Source: an uncultured virus (IMG/VR IMGVR_UViG_3300043447_000658) (Duplodnaviria; Heunggongvirae; Uroviricota; Caudoviricetes). From it: DNA of 64,000 nucleotides. This document shows positions 38,420 through 47,650 of this stretch, in pieces. The stretch spans positions 1-64,000 of IMG/VR virus record IMGVR_UViG_3300043447_000658; one strand, written 5' to 3'. How positions within the stretch are numbered: the first letter of the stretch is position 1; each line of letters starts with the position of its first letter. The notes beneath the pieces are model-generated. The model had not been told where the DNA came from and searched no databases. It worked only from the letters and a program-made list of their open reading frames with translations. The position numbers and the translations under genes are program-made.

Positions 38420-39031
38420 TTAGTTGCCGGATTTTTCAGTCTTAATCATATTGACATATCCAATGACTGCTGTTGCCGCGTCACTCATATCATAATTTTC
38501 TTTTTTTAGATTACCTGTTTTACCATATAACCACTTAACATCAGGACACACACTATTAACGTGTTCCCATATTACGTGTTTTTTATCGATGTCTTTTGGG
38601 TATCCACCAAATAAAACGTTACGACCTTTATCGTTAGCACCAACTAAATCGGGGAATGCAAATTTTCTTGCATTATATGTTGAAATGAATGTAGGAATGA
38701 TTCCCAATACGTCGTAACAGTTCTTTAAAATTAGTGTGTTGTAACGTAATAGTGTTCCTACGGTATAAATGTTATTTGATTGTAATAGTGGTTCTTCAAT
38801 CACTACTCGAGTGATTCCCATATTCTTATACTCTAATAAATGTTTTTTAAACGCCTCCGCCTTTAATAACAATTCTTCAATTTTATCTTCAGGTTGTGGT
38901 TTAATTTTAGGGGAAAAGTGTGTTAGTTCCAATAATTTAGAACTATTGATATCAAATAATGCCCAACCAATTGTTTTGGTTGAAATATCCAATCCCAAAA
39001 TCTTTGCTTTGTTTTTTAAATTGTTCTCCAT
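38420..39031 (-). CDS. RuvC-like Holliday junction resolvase
   Basis: ILGLDIS..TIGWA, VIEEP, DMSDA acidic RNase H-fold motifs. Confidence 0.85.
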   Translation of the reverse strand: MENNLKNKAKILGLDISTKTIGWALFDINSSKLLELTHFSPKIKPQPEDKIEELLLKAEAFKKHLLEYKNMGITRVVIEEPLLQSNNIYTVGTLLRYNTLILKNCYDVLGIIPTFISTYNARKFAFPDLVGANDKGRNVLFGGYPKDIDKKHVIWEHVNSVCPDVKWLYGKTGNLKKENYDMSDAATAVIGYVNMIKTEKSGN

Positions 39032-39070
39032 AAAATAATATATAAATAATATTATTTGTTTTGTAAATGG

Positions 39071-41227
39071 TTAGAGGTCAATTTTTACAGCAAAAACTTG
39101 AGTACCTACTCTATGGATTGGTTTTGGCATTTTACCAATAACTAAAAGTTCTTTATTACTATTGAATAAACCGACTTCAGTTATTCGTTTGGTTTTACCT
39201 GTTGTGTAACTTGGATTTTGTGTTGTGGTAAATTCACCATTAGGTAGGTTTACTAAGAATCTCATAACCGTTAAGTCGGAAGCTCTTACCAATTTAATAC
39301 TACCAGGGAATGGTTGTTCGTCTCCAAATTGAGGTGTGGTTTGATAAAAACTACCGTTAGCATAAGGTGCTGGTTGATTCGGTAATTCACCTAAATGGTC
39401 TTCAATATCGTACGTGGTTCCTGAATCATAATCATCGTTTGTTATTACAAAACGAGCACCTTTTAAATTGTTTGGATTTATTAAACCTGTTGTGTGATTC
39501 GGAATATCAGATGTAATGTTAATTTTTCTCCACAAATCTGTTTGTGGTTGGTCTCCTGTATCTACCAATTGAACTAACGCGTACAATTTGTCGGCTATAA
39601 ATCCATTTTTAAATCCACACTTGGTTGATTTCATATGAACCCAATCATTGTCTGAGAATCTAAATGATATATCCGCATTTAACGATGTACCTGTAATTTT
39701 TGAATAGTGATTACAATGTAATGAAGTTGACCCACTAAATTCTAATAGATATGTTACAAAAACAGTTTGACCTGTTGTTCCACTCATTAAAGGTTCTAAC
39801 GGGTTTCCTGTTGTGCTACATTTAGTATCAACAGGAACTTGTGCTACTCTTGGAATTGGTAAGGTGTATTTTCTATTAGATTTGTAATCTAAGACTGCAA
39901 CAATTTCTTGGTCGTCAAATACTATTACTTTATGATTTACATAAACTCTACCTACTCTATATCCTCTTTCATCTAAAAGATATCTATATTTTAATTTATT
40001 TAATTTAGTATCAATAGCTGTAGAGTTAACAAAATAATCTGTAGTGTCCATTGTGAATCTTGCACCTACTGTTGTCCCTGTATTTCTATGATAATAAATA
40101 AATGGAATATAAACTTCAAAATAATCTAAGTCTGTTACCGGTTCGTCATCTGAATCGTATAATAAAGCATCTACTACACTATTATTAGTACTAATATAAT
40201 CTTCATACTTAAAGAATTTTTCAGGTTCTCTTTCTGTATTAAGTTCTGAATAATGAATAATAGCAATACTATGTTGTTCCTCAGGTAAAACAATTACAGA
40301 ATCACCAAAACTATTTGTGATGGTTGTACCTGTATTAATTGTCTGTCCTGATGAAGAACCATATCCTAAAAATTCTTTAGTTGAAACAAATACGTTACTT
40401 GTGTATCCACTAACGTATTCTTGTATCTCAGCTCCTTGATTTTTAACACCCGCTGGTCTTTCACTCCACGCAATGTTTAATGTCCAAGGGTCTTGTTGGT
40501 CTTCAGGGTTTTGTGTATTTGGTAAACAAGTTAAATCAGTTTCGTATGGACCAGGAAAAAATGGATTACATTTATTACACATAACAGTTGCAAAACCACC
40601 TGAACATATATTTGACATACTCGGTGTTGCTCTATCTAATGTTAATGTGTTCACTGATGAACCTGAAACAAAATTTGTTACTCTATATATTAAACTTGTT
40701 GATGTTCCTGAAATAACTGCATCCTGACCAATCAAATCGGTAAATGCTATTGTAATGAATTCACAATTTGAAAATGTATTTCCTGTTAAAAATAATGTTG
40801 TGGTTCCTGATAATGCGGAAACTGCTATTCTTTCATTTGAACATTCTACAGTCGTACCTGTACAAGGATTCGTACTGTCGTCAAATTCTAAATAAGCGGA
40901 AACAAATCCAGCGGGACCCATTTCATTTCTAATTGTTTCGATTTGAGAGACTTGAACAGGGTTACCAAATGTTGTACCTGTAACTGTGGATTGTGATAAT
41001 TTATATGGATATTTTACAATAGAATCTTTATCCAAAGGTGTGAATACCTTTTGAGATGGATTGGTGGTACCGGTAGTACCATCATACTCCTCAAAATTAT
41101 AGTCATATTCAGAATCGCCCACTTGGAAGTAGGTAATATTGAAATTACCTTCAGCAATTTTTTGTCTACCTTCGTTGGTAATTCTTGCTGCTATATGTTC
41201 TGATTCATTCTCGTGTAAAAAACTCAT
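39071..41227 (-). CDS. Baseplate/tail-fibre attachment protein (tail-collar type domain with a large insertion)
   Basis: N-terminal ITNEGRQKIA...YFQVGDSE and C-terminal ITEVGLFN...LLVIGK..KPI. Confidence 0.7.
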   Translation of the reverse strand: MSFLHENESEHIAARITNEGRQKIAEGNFNITYFQVGDSEYDYNFEEYDGTTGTTNPSQKVFTPLDKDSIVKYPYKLSQSTVTGTTFGNPVQVSQIETIRNEMGPAGFVSAYLEFDDSTNPCTGTTVECSNERIAVSALSGTTTLFLTGNTFSNCEFITIAFTDLIGQDAVISGTSTSLIYRVTNFVSGSSVNTLTLDRATPSMSNICSGGFATVMCNKCNPFFPGPYETDLTCLPNTQNPEDQQDPWTLNIAWSERPAGVKNQGAEIQEYVSGYTSNVFVSTKEFLGYGSSSGQTINTGTTITNSFGDSVIVLPEEQHSIAIIHYSELNTEREPEKFFKYEDYISTNNSVVDALLYDSDDEPVTDLDYFEVYIPFIYYHRNTGTTVGARFTMDTTDYFVNSTAIDTKLNKLKYRYLLDERGYRVGRVYVNHKVIVFDDQEIVAVLDYKSNRKYTLPIPRVAQVPVDTKCSTTGNPLEPLMSGTTGQTVFVTYLLEFSGSTSLHCNHYSKITGTSLNADISFRFSDNDWVHMKSTKCGFKNGFIADKLYALVQLVDTGDQPQTDLWRKINITSDIPNHTTGLINPNNLKGARFVITNDDYDSGTTYDIEDHLGELPNQPAPYANGSFYQTTPQFGDEQPFPGSIKLVRASDLTVMRFLVNLPNGEFTTTQNPSYTTGKTKRITEVGLFNSNKELLVIGKMPKPIHRVGTQVFAVKIDL

Positions 41228-41255
41228 ATGTTATAAATATTCTTTTTATGTTTTA

Positions 41256-42371
41256 TTATAGTGGTATATCACCTCCACCTCCAGAAGTACCACAATTTGG
41301 TGCTAGTACATTATATACATACCCATATTGGTCGATTTGAATTAAATAATAGTTAGATGTTCCATCATTATATGTGTTTATTCCCGCAGTTAAAGAGATT
41401 CCATACTTATAACCTTCTACTCCAATGAACACATCATCACCATATTGGTCAATATATACTTGTTGACCCATTAAACCACTTATTGTTGTTGAATTCGCCC
41501 ACAGTGCACCTGTTAAAACATAACCAGGAGAAACACAATATGTTGTATCAATATCTACAACCGGTGAGGCAACATAAAATCTATTTAAAGATGTTAACGT
41601 TGGTGTAGGGGTTGGTGTCGGAGTTGCCGAAACTTGACAATTACCAACAGTTAATTTAATAAGACCTGAACCACCTGTTCCACCATTTTGACCACAATTG
41701 ACCTGTTGACCATATAATTGATATGTTCCCGGTGTTGTAATTGTGTATGTTGAAGGTGAGAAAGTTGGATTATTACTATTAGTTTGTGTTAATATAAACT
41801 CTTGAATATTTGTACCTGTGTTTGTTCTTAAATAAGCATATGCATATCTTGTTCCTGTTCCACTAAAGAAATATCCCGATGGTGTAATTGTTGCTTGATA
41901 TCCACTCGATAATGTAAATGTTGATGACTCAAATCCTGAACAATTACCTGTAGCTTCTAACGTACCACTTAAACAAGAACCAACAGTTGTTGTTGGAGTT
42001 GGTGTAGGGGTCGGAGTTGCGGTTGGTGCCGATACCGTTGCTGTCGGTGTAGGGGTTGGTGTAGGTGTACCTGTTGCGGTAGGTGTTGGGGTAATTGTTG
42101 GTGTAGGTGTAGGTTGTAATGGTGGATTCGTGTTACAAGTAACTGAACTATTATTTAACCATCTACTTCTTAAATTACCACCAGCATCAGGACAAATAGT
42201 CCTAACACTATAATTGTATGTTTGAGCATCAATTAATCCATTAATAGTCACAATAGTATTACTAGTTGAACCAGTTACATATGTCGATGCACTTGATAAC
42301 TTGTACCTATATTCGTAAGTACATCCGTTACAATCTGCCGGTGGTGACCAAGTTATTATTAATTGTGCCAT
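41256..42371 (-). CDS. FN3-like plus Thr-Pro linker modular virion protein
   Basis: LIITW...YEYRYK...TINGL...YNYSVRTIC; two TP linkers; Cys-bounded C-terminal module. Confidence 0.75.
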   Translation of the reverse strand: MAQLIITWSPPADCNGCTYEYRYKLSSASTYVTGSTSNTIVTINGLIDAQTYNYSVRTICPDAGGNLRSRWLNNSSVTCNTNPPLQPTPTPTITPTPTATGTPTPTPTPTATVSAPTATPTPTPTPTTTVGSCLSGTLEATGNCSGFESSTFTLSSGYQATITPSGYFFSGTGTRYAYAYLRTNTGTNIQEFILTQTNSNNPTFSPSTYTITTPGTYQLYGQQVNCGQNGGTGGSGLIKLTVGNCQVSATPTPTPTPTLTSLNRFYVASPVVDIDTTYCVSPGYVLTGALWANSTTISGLMGQQVYIDQYGDDVFIGVEGYKYGISLTAGINTYNDGTSNYYLIQIDQYGYVYNVLAPNCGTSGGGGDIPL

Positions 42372-42395
42372 TTAGTATAAATACGTTTTTTTATT

Positions 42396-43040
42396 TTATC
42401 TATTTGTGTTAGAATGGAAATAACTTTCATTTTCTTTTAAAAAATCCATAACACTAAATGTTGTTATTGTTTCCAGTTTCGGGTTATTTTGAACTTTATT
42501 TATCATTTTATCGGTATGTCTACCATTTACTCCATAATTTCCTTGAACCAAATAGTCAGTCAATAAAATAAAGTTTGAGTCATTTCTTAAATCTTTTTCT
42601 TCAAATTCATTATTAATTTGTTTTTTGGTGTATCCTATTTTTTTGTGAATAATATTGTCTGGTTTAAACTCGTTTTCAACCATTTGGTTATATCTTAAAT
42701 TGGATGGTCTTTGTTCATACCAAGTAACATCTAATAATAGATTAAATTGATTTAATCCCATATCCATCATAAAATTTAAATCTTTTTCTATTTTTTCATC
42801 GGTGTGGTTACCACCAACAAGACATATATCTAAATCCCAAGTGTTATTAAAATCAAATAAAACTCCTCCCATTAAATAAACATCATAATCTTTAATGATT
42901 GTTGATTTAAGATATAAATTAAATAAAAAATCATAAACTTTTTGATACGATGGTCTTGTCCAATGATTTGTTGATTTAACAACTCCTCTTTGAAAAAAAA
43001 TACTATCGTTTAAATTAGCTTCTCTATTAAATGTTCCCAT
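42396..43040 (-). CDS. Pol-beta superfamily nucleotidyltransferase
   Basis: VYLMGG-x8-WDLDI (hGG...DhD) plus a third Asp in LLDV. Confidence 0.7.
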   Translation of the reverse strand: MGTFNREANLNDSIFFQRGVVKSTNHWTRPSYQKVYDFLFNLYLKSTIIKDYDVYLMGGVLFDFNNTWDLDICLVGGNHTDEKIEKDLNFMMDMGLNQFNLLLDVTWYEQRPSNLRYNQMVENEFKPDNIIHKKIGYTKKQINNEFEEKDLRNDSNFILLTDYLVQGNYGVNGRHTDKMINKVQNNPKLETITTFSVMDFLKENESYFHSNTNR

Positions 43041-43054
43041 ATATTTAATTTTTT

Positions 43055-44476
43055 TTAACCGCTGTATCCTCCAGAGCTCCCTCCACTACCTCCACTTCCT
43101 CCACTATCGGTTGGAGTAGGTGCTGGTGTTGTTGGTGGTGTTCCATCACAAGGTGAACATCCTGTATCCAAAATGTTATATTCAGGATATCCATAAACTA
43201 CTGATTTATAATTATCTTTAGCCGTTACCTTCCAACAGAATGTGTTTAAGAATGAATCATTAACTCTAAACGTATCGTTAATTCCAATTGTTGGTAATGT
43301 ATCTGACCATACTGTTACACTATATTGAGAGTTGTCACACCTTACTCCATCTATTTTATATTTTTTAGGTACAGCATTACAGGTTCCACAATCAGTATAT
43401 CCTTGGAACATTGGTTGTCCTAATGCAAATGGTCCCGTATCAGTGATTTGATAACCTGAAAGTGGGTCATTTACAGGGTCAGTAAGAGTAAGTTGAGGGC
43501 CGAGATTAGCATTGATGGTCATACATCTAGCATCACCCATAGGGGTTCCTCCACTATACAATTGTATTCCATATTCATTACCCACTACTAAACTACCAAA
43601 TAATGTTAATGCTATAATATTTTCACCCGTATCGCAAGTTACACCACTATATCCTGTAAGTGTATATCCTGTAAATGGTGGGTCACAAGCCCCACAAGGA
43701 TTATTACCACCTATTGGTGAAATTCCATCTAAATTCACGCTCCAATTTTGGACGTATTGTGTTTCAACCGCAACAATTGATAAACAATTGTTGCCGACAA
43801 GATAAACTGTTCCTTCTGTTAATTGTGTGGTACTTCTACCGATAGCAACTCCTGAATAGTTTTCACCAAAACCACAAGGGTCGTCGTAATCAATACTTAA
43901 CGTTTGTTGTGCCCAATTCGCGGTAGAATACCATTGATTAATTTGTGCCGCATTCATACAAACAGGTATTACTAACGGAGCTCCGAAACCAAAAACAGTT
44001 CTTTCCGTACCTGAATATCTCATATCGTTACAATTACCTAAAGCGTAGTAATAATATGTTGTTGGGTCTTCAGGGTCAACAATATTCAATGTTGGTGTTG
44101 GGGTAGGTGTAGGTGTTGGTACTGCGATAGTTGCTGTAGGTGTTGGGGTAGGTGTAGGTGTTGCGGTAGGTCCCGCCACGGTTGCCGTTGGTGTAGGAGT
44201 AGGAGTTGATGTAGGTGTAGCTGTAGGTGTTATTACTCCTTCACAGGTTACGGTTTGTACACTTGTCCAATCGCTTGAAATTAATTGACATACATTTCTC
44301 ATTTGAAAAACGTATGAATTACCTGTTGTTAAACCTGTAATGACTATAGGTGACGAACCTGAATATGGTATAACCGTAGCGGTATTGATGTTACCACTAC
44401 TAAGAGCGTACCTATATTCTTGAGTACATCCTGTACAACCTGCTGTGTAATTAACTGTTACGCTTGCTACTGCCAT
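43055..44476 (-). CDS. FN3-like plus Thr-Pro linker Cys-rich modular virion protein
   Basis: VTVNY...QEYRY...ITGLTTGNSYVFQMRNVC; TP linker; three Cys-rich modules; Gly/Ser tail. Confidence 0.75.
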   Translation of the reverse strand: MAVASVTVNYTAGCTGCTQEYRYALSSGNINTATVIPYSGSSPIVITGLTTGNSYVFQMRNVCQLISSDWTSVQTVTCEGVITPTATPTSTPTPTPTATVAGPTATPTPTPTPTATIAVPTPTPTPTPTLNIVDPEDPTTYYYYALGNCNDMRYSGTERTVFGFGAPLVIPVCMNAAQINQWYSTANWAQQTLSIDYDDPCGFGENYSGVAIGRSTTQLTEGTVYLVGNNCLSIVAVETQYVQNWSVNLDGISPIGGNNPCGACDPPFTGYTLTGYSGVTCDTGENIIALTLFGSLVVGNEYGIQLYSGGTPMGDARCMTINANLGPQLTLTDPVNDPLSGYQITDTGPFALGQPMFQGYTDCGTCNAVPKKYKIDGVRCDNSQYSVTVWSDTLPTIGINDTFRVNDSFLNTFCWKVTAKDNYKSVVYGYPEYNILDTGCSPCDGTPPTTPAPTPTDSGGSGGSGGSSGGYSG

Positions 44477-44504
44477 TTTTTATTTATAACTTTTTTTGTT
44501 TTTA

Positions 44505-46394
44505 TTATGTGATACTTTCAGGTTCGGTAGGACCACCTCCACTTCCACCACCGCCGAGGTCACCACCTCCGCCGCCACCTCCACCGCTACCTCCTCCTCC
44601 ACCATCAGTTGGTGTTGGTTCAGGCGTTGGGTCTGTATTTGGTACCTCAGTAGTTCCTGGTGTTGGGTTATTTGTTGGTGTAGGTACTGGTGTTTGTGAA
44701 CAACTATTCCAATCGCTCATTACACCATCACTATTTATATAAACAACGTATGTAATTACACTTCCTCCGCCAAATATGATAATAGAATAATATTTGTTTC
44801 CACCATTCACAACACTACCACCACCGCTCACATTGGAATCATATAAAGTGTAAGTAGTTCCCGGTGTAATTGATGATTCGTTTACGTAGAATGATGATGA
44901 ACCATTTTGTGATAAAGGAGAATAACCAAGTTGTGATAGTTGATATGGATATAATCCACACGTTTCTGATTTATGTTGGGTTAATCCTACCGAACTATTG
45001 CTTGACCACGCAGTGGTTATATAAGCGGTTCTATATGTGACACTTGGAGGTGTTGATGTCTCAGGACATCCACCCACATTTGGAACAAGTGTAACACTTA
45101 TTTTATTGCCACCTGGGTCTGTTGTAGTTGAACCTGCAATTACATAATACGTATCGGTTGCACCCTCAACTCTATTTCCTGAACTAAATGTTCCTTGTTG
45201 ATAGCCTGTTGAATATAAATTAGCACCACCGGCACAAGGTGTCAATGTATAATAATATACATCTAATGAACCATCAGTAATTGTTATCTCACTTGAGGTC
45301 GCCAATATAGTACCTGTAGCACTTCCACTTCTAAGTTGTAATTTAAATTTCTCAGTTCCTTCTGTTGATTGGTCTTCCGCCAATGAGAAAGAAAATTCAT
45401 CTCCTGATGCCTCCAATGTAATTGACGATGGGAAATTATTTTGAAAGTCGGATAAATTAACAGTACCAACAGTACTTAATAATGTAATATAAAGTGTTTG
45501 AGGGAATGATATATTCGCGGCAGTTACTGTTGCGGTATATGAACCTCCTCCGTCATCTGCAGTAGTTGGACTGACACTAATTCCGTATGATGGTGTTAAT
45601 ACACAACCTGTTTGGTTAAATGTTGGAACTTCTCCTATTGTTGAAACTGTGAAGTTACCTCCTTGATTCGGTTGTGATACGGTTTTATACCATAGTCCTC
45701 CACCATTGAATAATGTACTTTCATTAATTGTCGAACCTGTATGTAATGATTTACCATTTGTTACAACAGCATCATATAAACTACTATATCCACCACCATC
45801 AACATAAACTGTTCTATTCGTACCTGTACCCGCACACGCTAATTCACCTGTAGACCAACCTAAACCATTATTCGATGTGTCTACATAAATTGTAAACGAT
45901 GAAAATAATGGAGTTGCCGTTGGTGTTGGAGTTGCAGTAGGAGTTGCAGTAGGTCCCGCCACGGTTGCCGTTGGTGTAGGAGTAGGAGTCGCTGTTGGTG
46001 GTATAGCGGTTGCAGTTGGTGTAGGAGTTGGAGTTGCTGTTGGTGCTACCAATCCGACACAAGTAATGCTATTAATTGTTGGTGGATAACAACTATGATA
46101 ACAAACCGCACCTAAACCAACTGGTTGAGGACAACAGTCCATATAAGCAATTGGGTCATTCGTCTCAATATTCTCAATAATATATCTACCTGTTGTTTGG
46201 TCTTCAATTTTAAACCAATAGTTTGAATTAAAATTGATAGTAACCCCACTAATATTTACTGTAGAAGTTCCAGCAGCAAAAGTACCATACAAACTATATC
46301 CACTATTCATTGGATATGGTGATGTTGCCTGTTTGTAATAAACCTTAAATTGGTTCGGCGATACAATGTCGTGCAGTCTAATTACTAATCCCAT
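44505..46394 (-). CDS. Modular Thr-Pro linker virion protein with a Calx-beta-like domain
   Basis: EDQSTEGTEKFKLQL...ITITD Calx-beta-like motif; two Cys-bounded modules; Gly-rich tail. Confidence 0.72.
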   Translation of the reverse strand: MGLVIRLHDIVSPNQFKVYYKQATSPYPMNSGYSLYGTFAAGTSTVNISGVTINFNSNYWFKIEDQTTGRYIIENIETNDPIAYMDCCPQPVGLGAVCYHSCYPPTINSITCVGLVAPTATPTPTPTATAIPPTATPTPTPTATVAGPTATPTATPTPTATPLFSSFTIYVDTSNNGLGWSTGELACAGTGTNRTVYVDGGGYSSLYDAVVTNGKSLHTGSTINESTLFNGGGLWYKTVSQPNQGGNFTVSTIGEVPTFNQTGCVLTPSYGISVSPTTADDGGGSYTATVTAANISFPQTLYITLLSTVGTVNLSDFQNNFPSSITLEASGDEFSFSLAEDQSTEGTEKFKLQLRSGSATGTILATSSEITITDGSLDVYYYTLTPCAGGANLYSTGYQQGTFSSGNRVEGATDTYYVIAGSTTTDPGGNKISVTLVPNVGGCPETSTPPSVTYRTAYITTAWSSNSSVGLTQHKSETCGLYPYQLSQLGYSPLSQNGSSSFYVNESSITPGTTYTLYDSNVSGGGSVVNGGNKYYSIIIFGGGSVITYVVYINSDGVMSDWNSCSQTPVPTPTNNPTPGTTEVPNTDPTPEPTPTDGGGGGSGGGGGGGGDLGGGGSGGGPTEPESIT

Positions 46395-46438
46395 AATACA
46401 TAAATAGTATATCCTTTTTTTTATTAAAAATAAACCAT

Positions 46439-46466
46439 AAAAAAACCCCTTAAAATAAAGGGGTTT
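46439..46466 (-). terminator. Intrinsic terminator
   Basis: AAACCCCTT-N6-AAGGGGTTT with a U-run on the minus strand. Confidence 0.8.
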
Positions 46467-46489
46467 AATTTTATAAATTTAAATTTATT

Positions 46490-47071
46490 TTATACTTGTG
46501 CTCCGCCACCACCGGAACCTCCACAAGAGGAAATAACTTGTAAATCAATTACCGTTCCCATATTATCAACTTTAATAACATAATATGGTTGGTCATTGGT
46601 ATTAGCAGTGTTATCTGAAGAAACCGCATAATAAAAATCTCCACCTATCCAAGGTTCTTGAGTACCATCATATACCATTGTACCTAACATACCAACGATT
46701 GTTGATGAAGAACTGTAGAATAATGCGCTTATTAATTGGTTTTGGTCACAATGTCCGTTATAAGTTGATGATGGGTTACTACGGAAGAATCCATATAATG
46801 GTGGTACTGTTGCTGTAGGTGTTGGGGTAGGTGTTGGAGTTCCTTGAATCACCGCCCAATTTACTGATGTTCCGTTACAAGTACCACCAACTGCGGTAAC
46901 TGTACCTCCTGTCACTGAATCGAGAAATACAATCTCTTTATATGAAGGATATTGCATTTCTGTTTTTGTTACACCCGTGGTTATGTAATTACCAGGGTTA
47001 CCTACTATTGTAAAATTATCAGACAATGTTGATGCTGAAAATGGTCCTGATAAATAAAATCTTGCTAACAT
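46490..47071 (-). CDS. Two-domain Thr-Pro linker virion protein
   Basis: Small beta domain, TP linker, Cys-bounded module, Gly tail. Confidence 0.72.
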   Translation of the reverse strand: MLARFYLSGPFSASTLSDNFTIVGNPGNYITTGVTKTEMQYPSYKEIVFLDSVTGGTVTAVGGTCNGTSVNWAVIQGTPTPTPTPTATVPPLYGFFRSNPSSTYNGHCDQNQLISALFYSSSSTIVGMLGTMVYDGTQEPWIGGDFYYAVSSDNTANTNDQPYYVIKVDNMGTVIDLQVISSCGGSGGGGAQV

Positions 47072-47089
47072 ATTTTAAATTTGTTTAAA

Positions 47090-47593
47090 TTACTCTCCTG
47101 CCGGAGTTTCTTCTTCCGTTACCTCAGGTAAAATCTCGTTATAGGTTATAACACCATTTGCAATAAATGTGTTATGGTTTTCCACTACTAAGTTATGAAC
47201 TGTTTTAGTTCCTGTAACCTCTTCTTTATCCGTTACTTCAATTTCAATACCATCCGCACCCATCATTTTATCATCAGCAACAACAAAAGTAGTGTCACAT
47301 ACAATCCATCTTTCAGTGTACGCATCACCTTCTGGCGTTTTTTGTCTAACAATATGTTTATGGTCTTCAGATGCGACGATTAAACCATTGTTTATTGAGT
47401 ATACTAATTCAGTTTCAGCTTGTTGTAATTCAACAACAGTACCTACAACTTCTTCAAATACTCCAGCTTCTTGATTTAATTTAATTGATTTAACTTCATC
47501 ACCAACAACAACTTCTTCAATTAATTTTGAAGTTCCGTCAGCCATTGAGATTAATGTTCCTTGGACTAAACATCCTTTTTGATTATTTTTCAT
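47090..47593 (-). CDS. Free-standing Hint (intein-like/BIL-type) domain protein
   Basis: G-CLVQGTLISMADG (block A), ASEDH (block B), VHNLVVENHNTFIANGVITYN (blocks F/G). Confidence 0.85.
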   Translation of the reverse strand: MKNNQKGCLVQGTLISMADGTSKLIEEVVVGDEVKSIKLNQEAGVFEEVVGTVVELQQAETELVYSINNGLIVASEDHKHIVRQKTPEGDAYTERWIVCDTTFVVADDKMMGADGIEIEVTDKEEVTGTKTVHNLVVENHNTFIANGVITYNEILPEVTEEETPAGE

Positions 47594-47650
47594 TTTAGTG
47601 CTTGTTTTGTTTTATATAAATATCTTATTTTTTATTATAATTCTAAAGGC

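Noticed and set aside
47090..47593. Canonical splicing intein or homing element
   Set aside because: No host protein, no endonuclease domain, and the +1 residue is Glu
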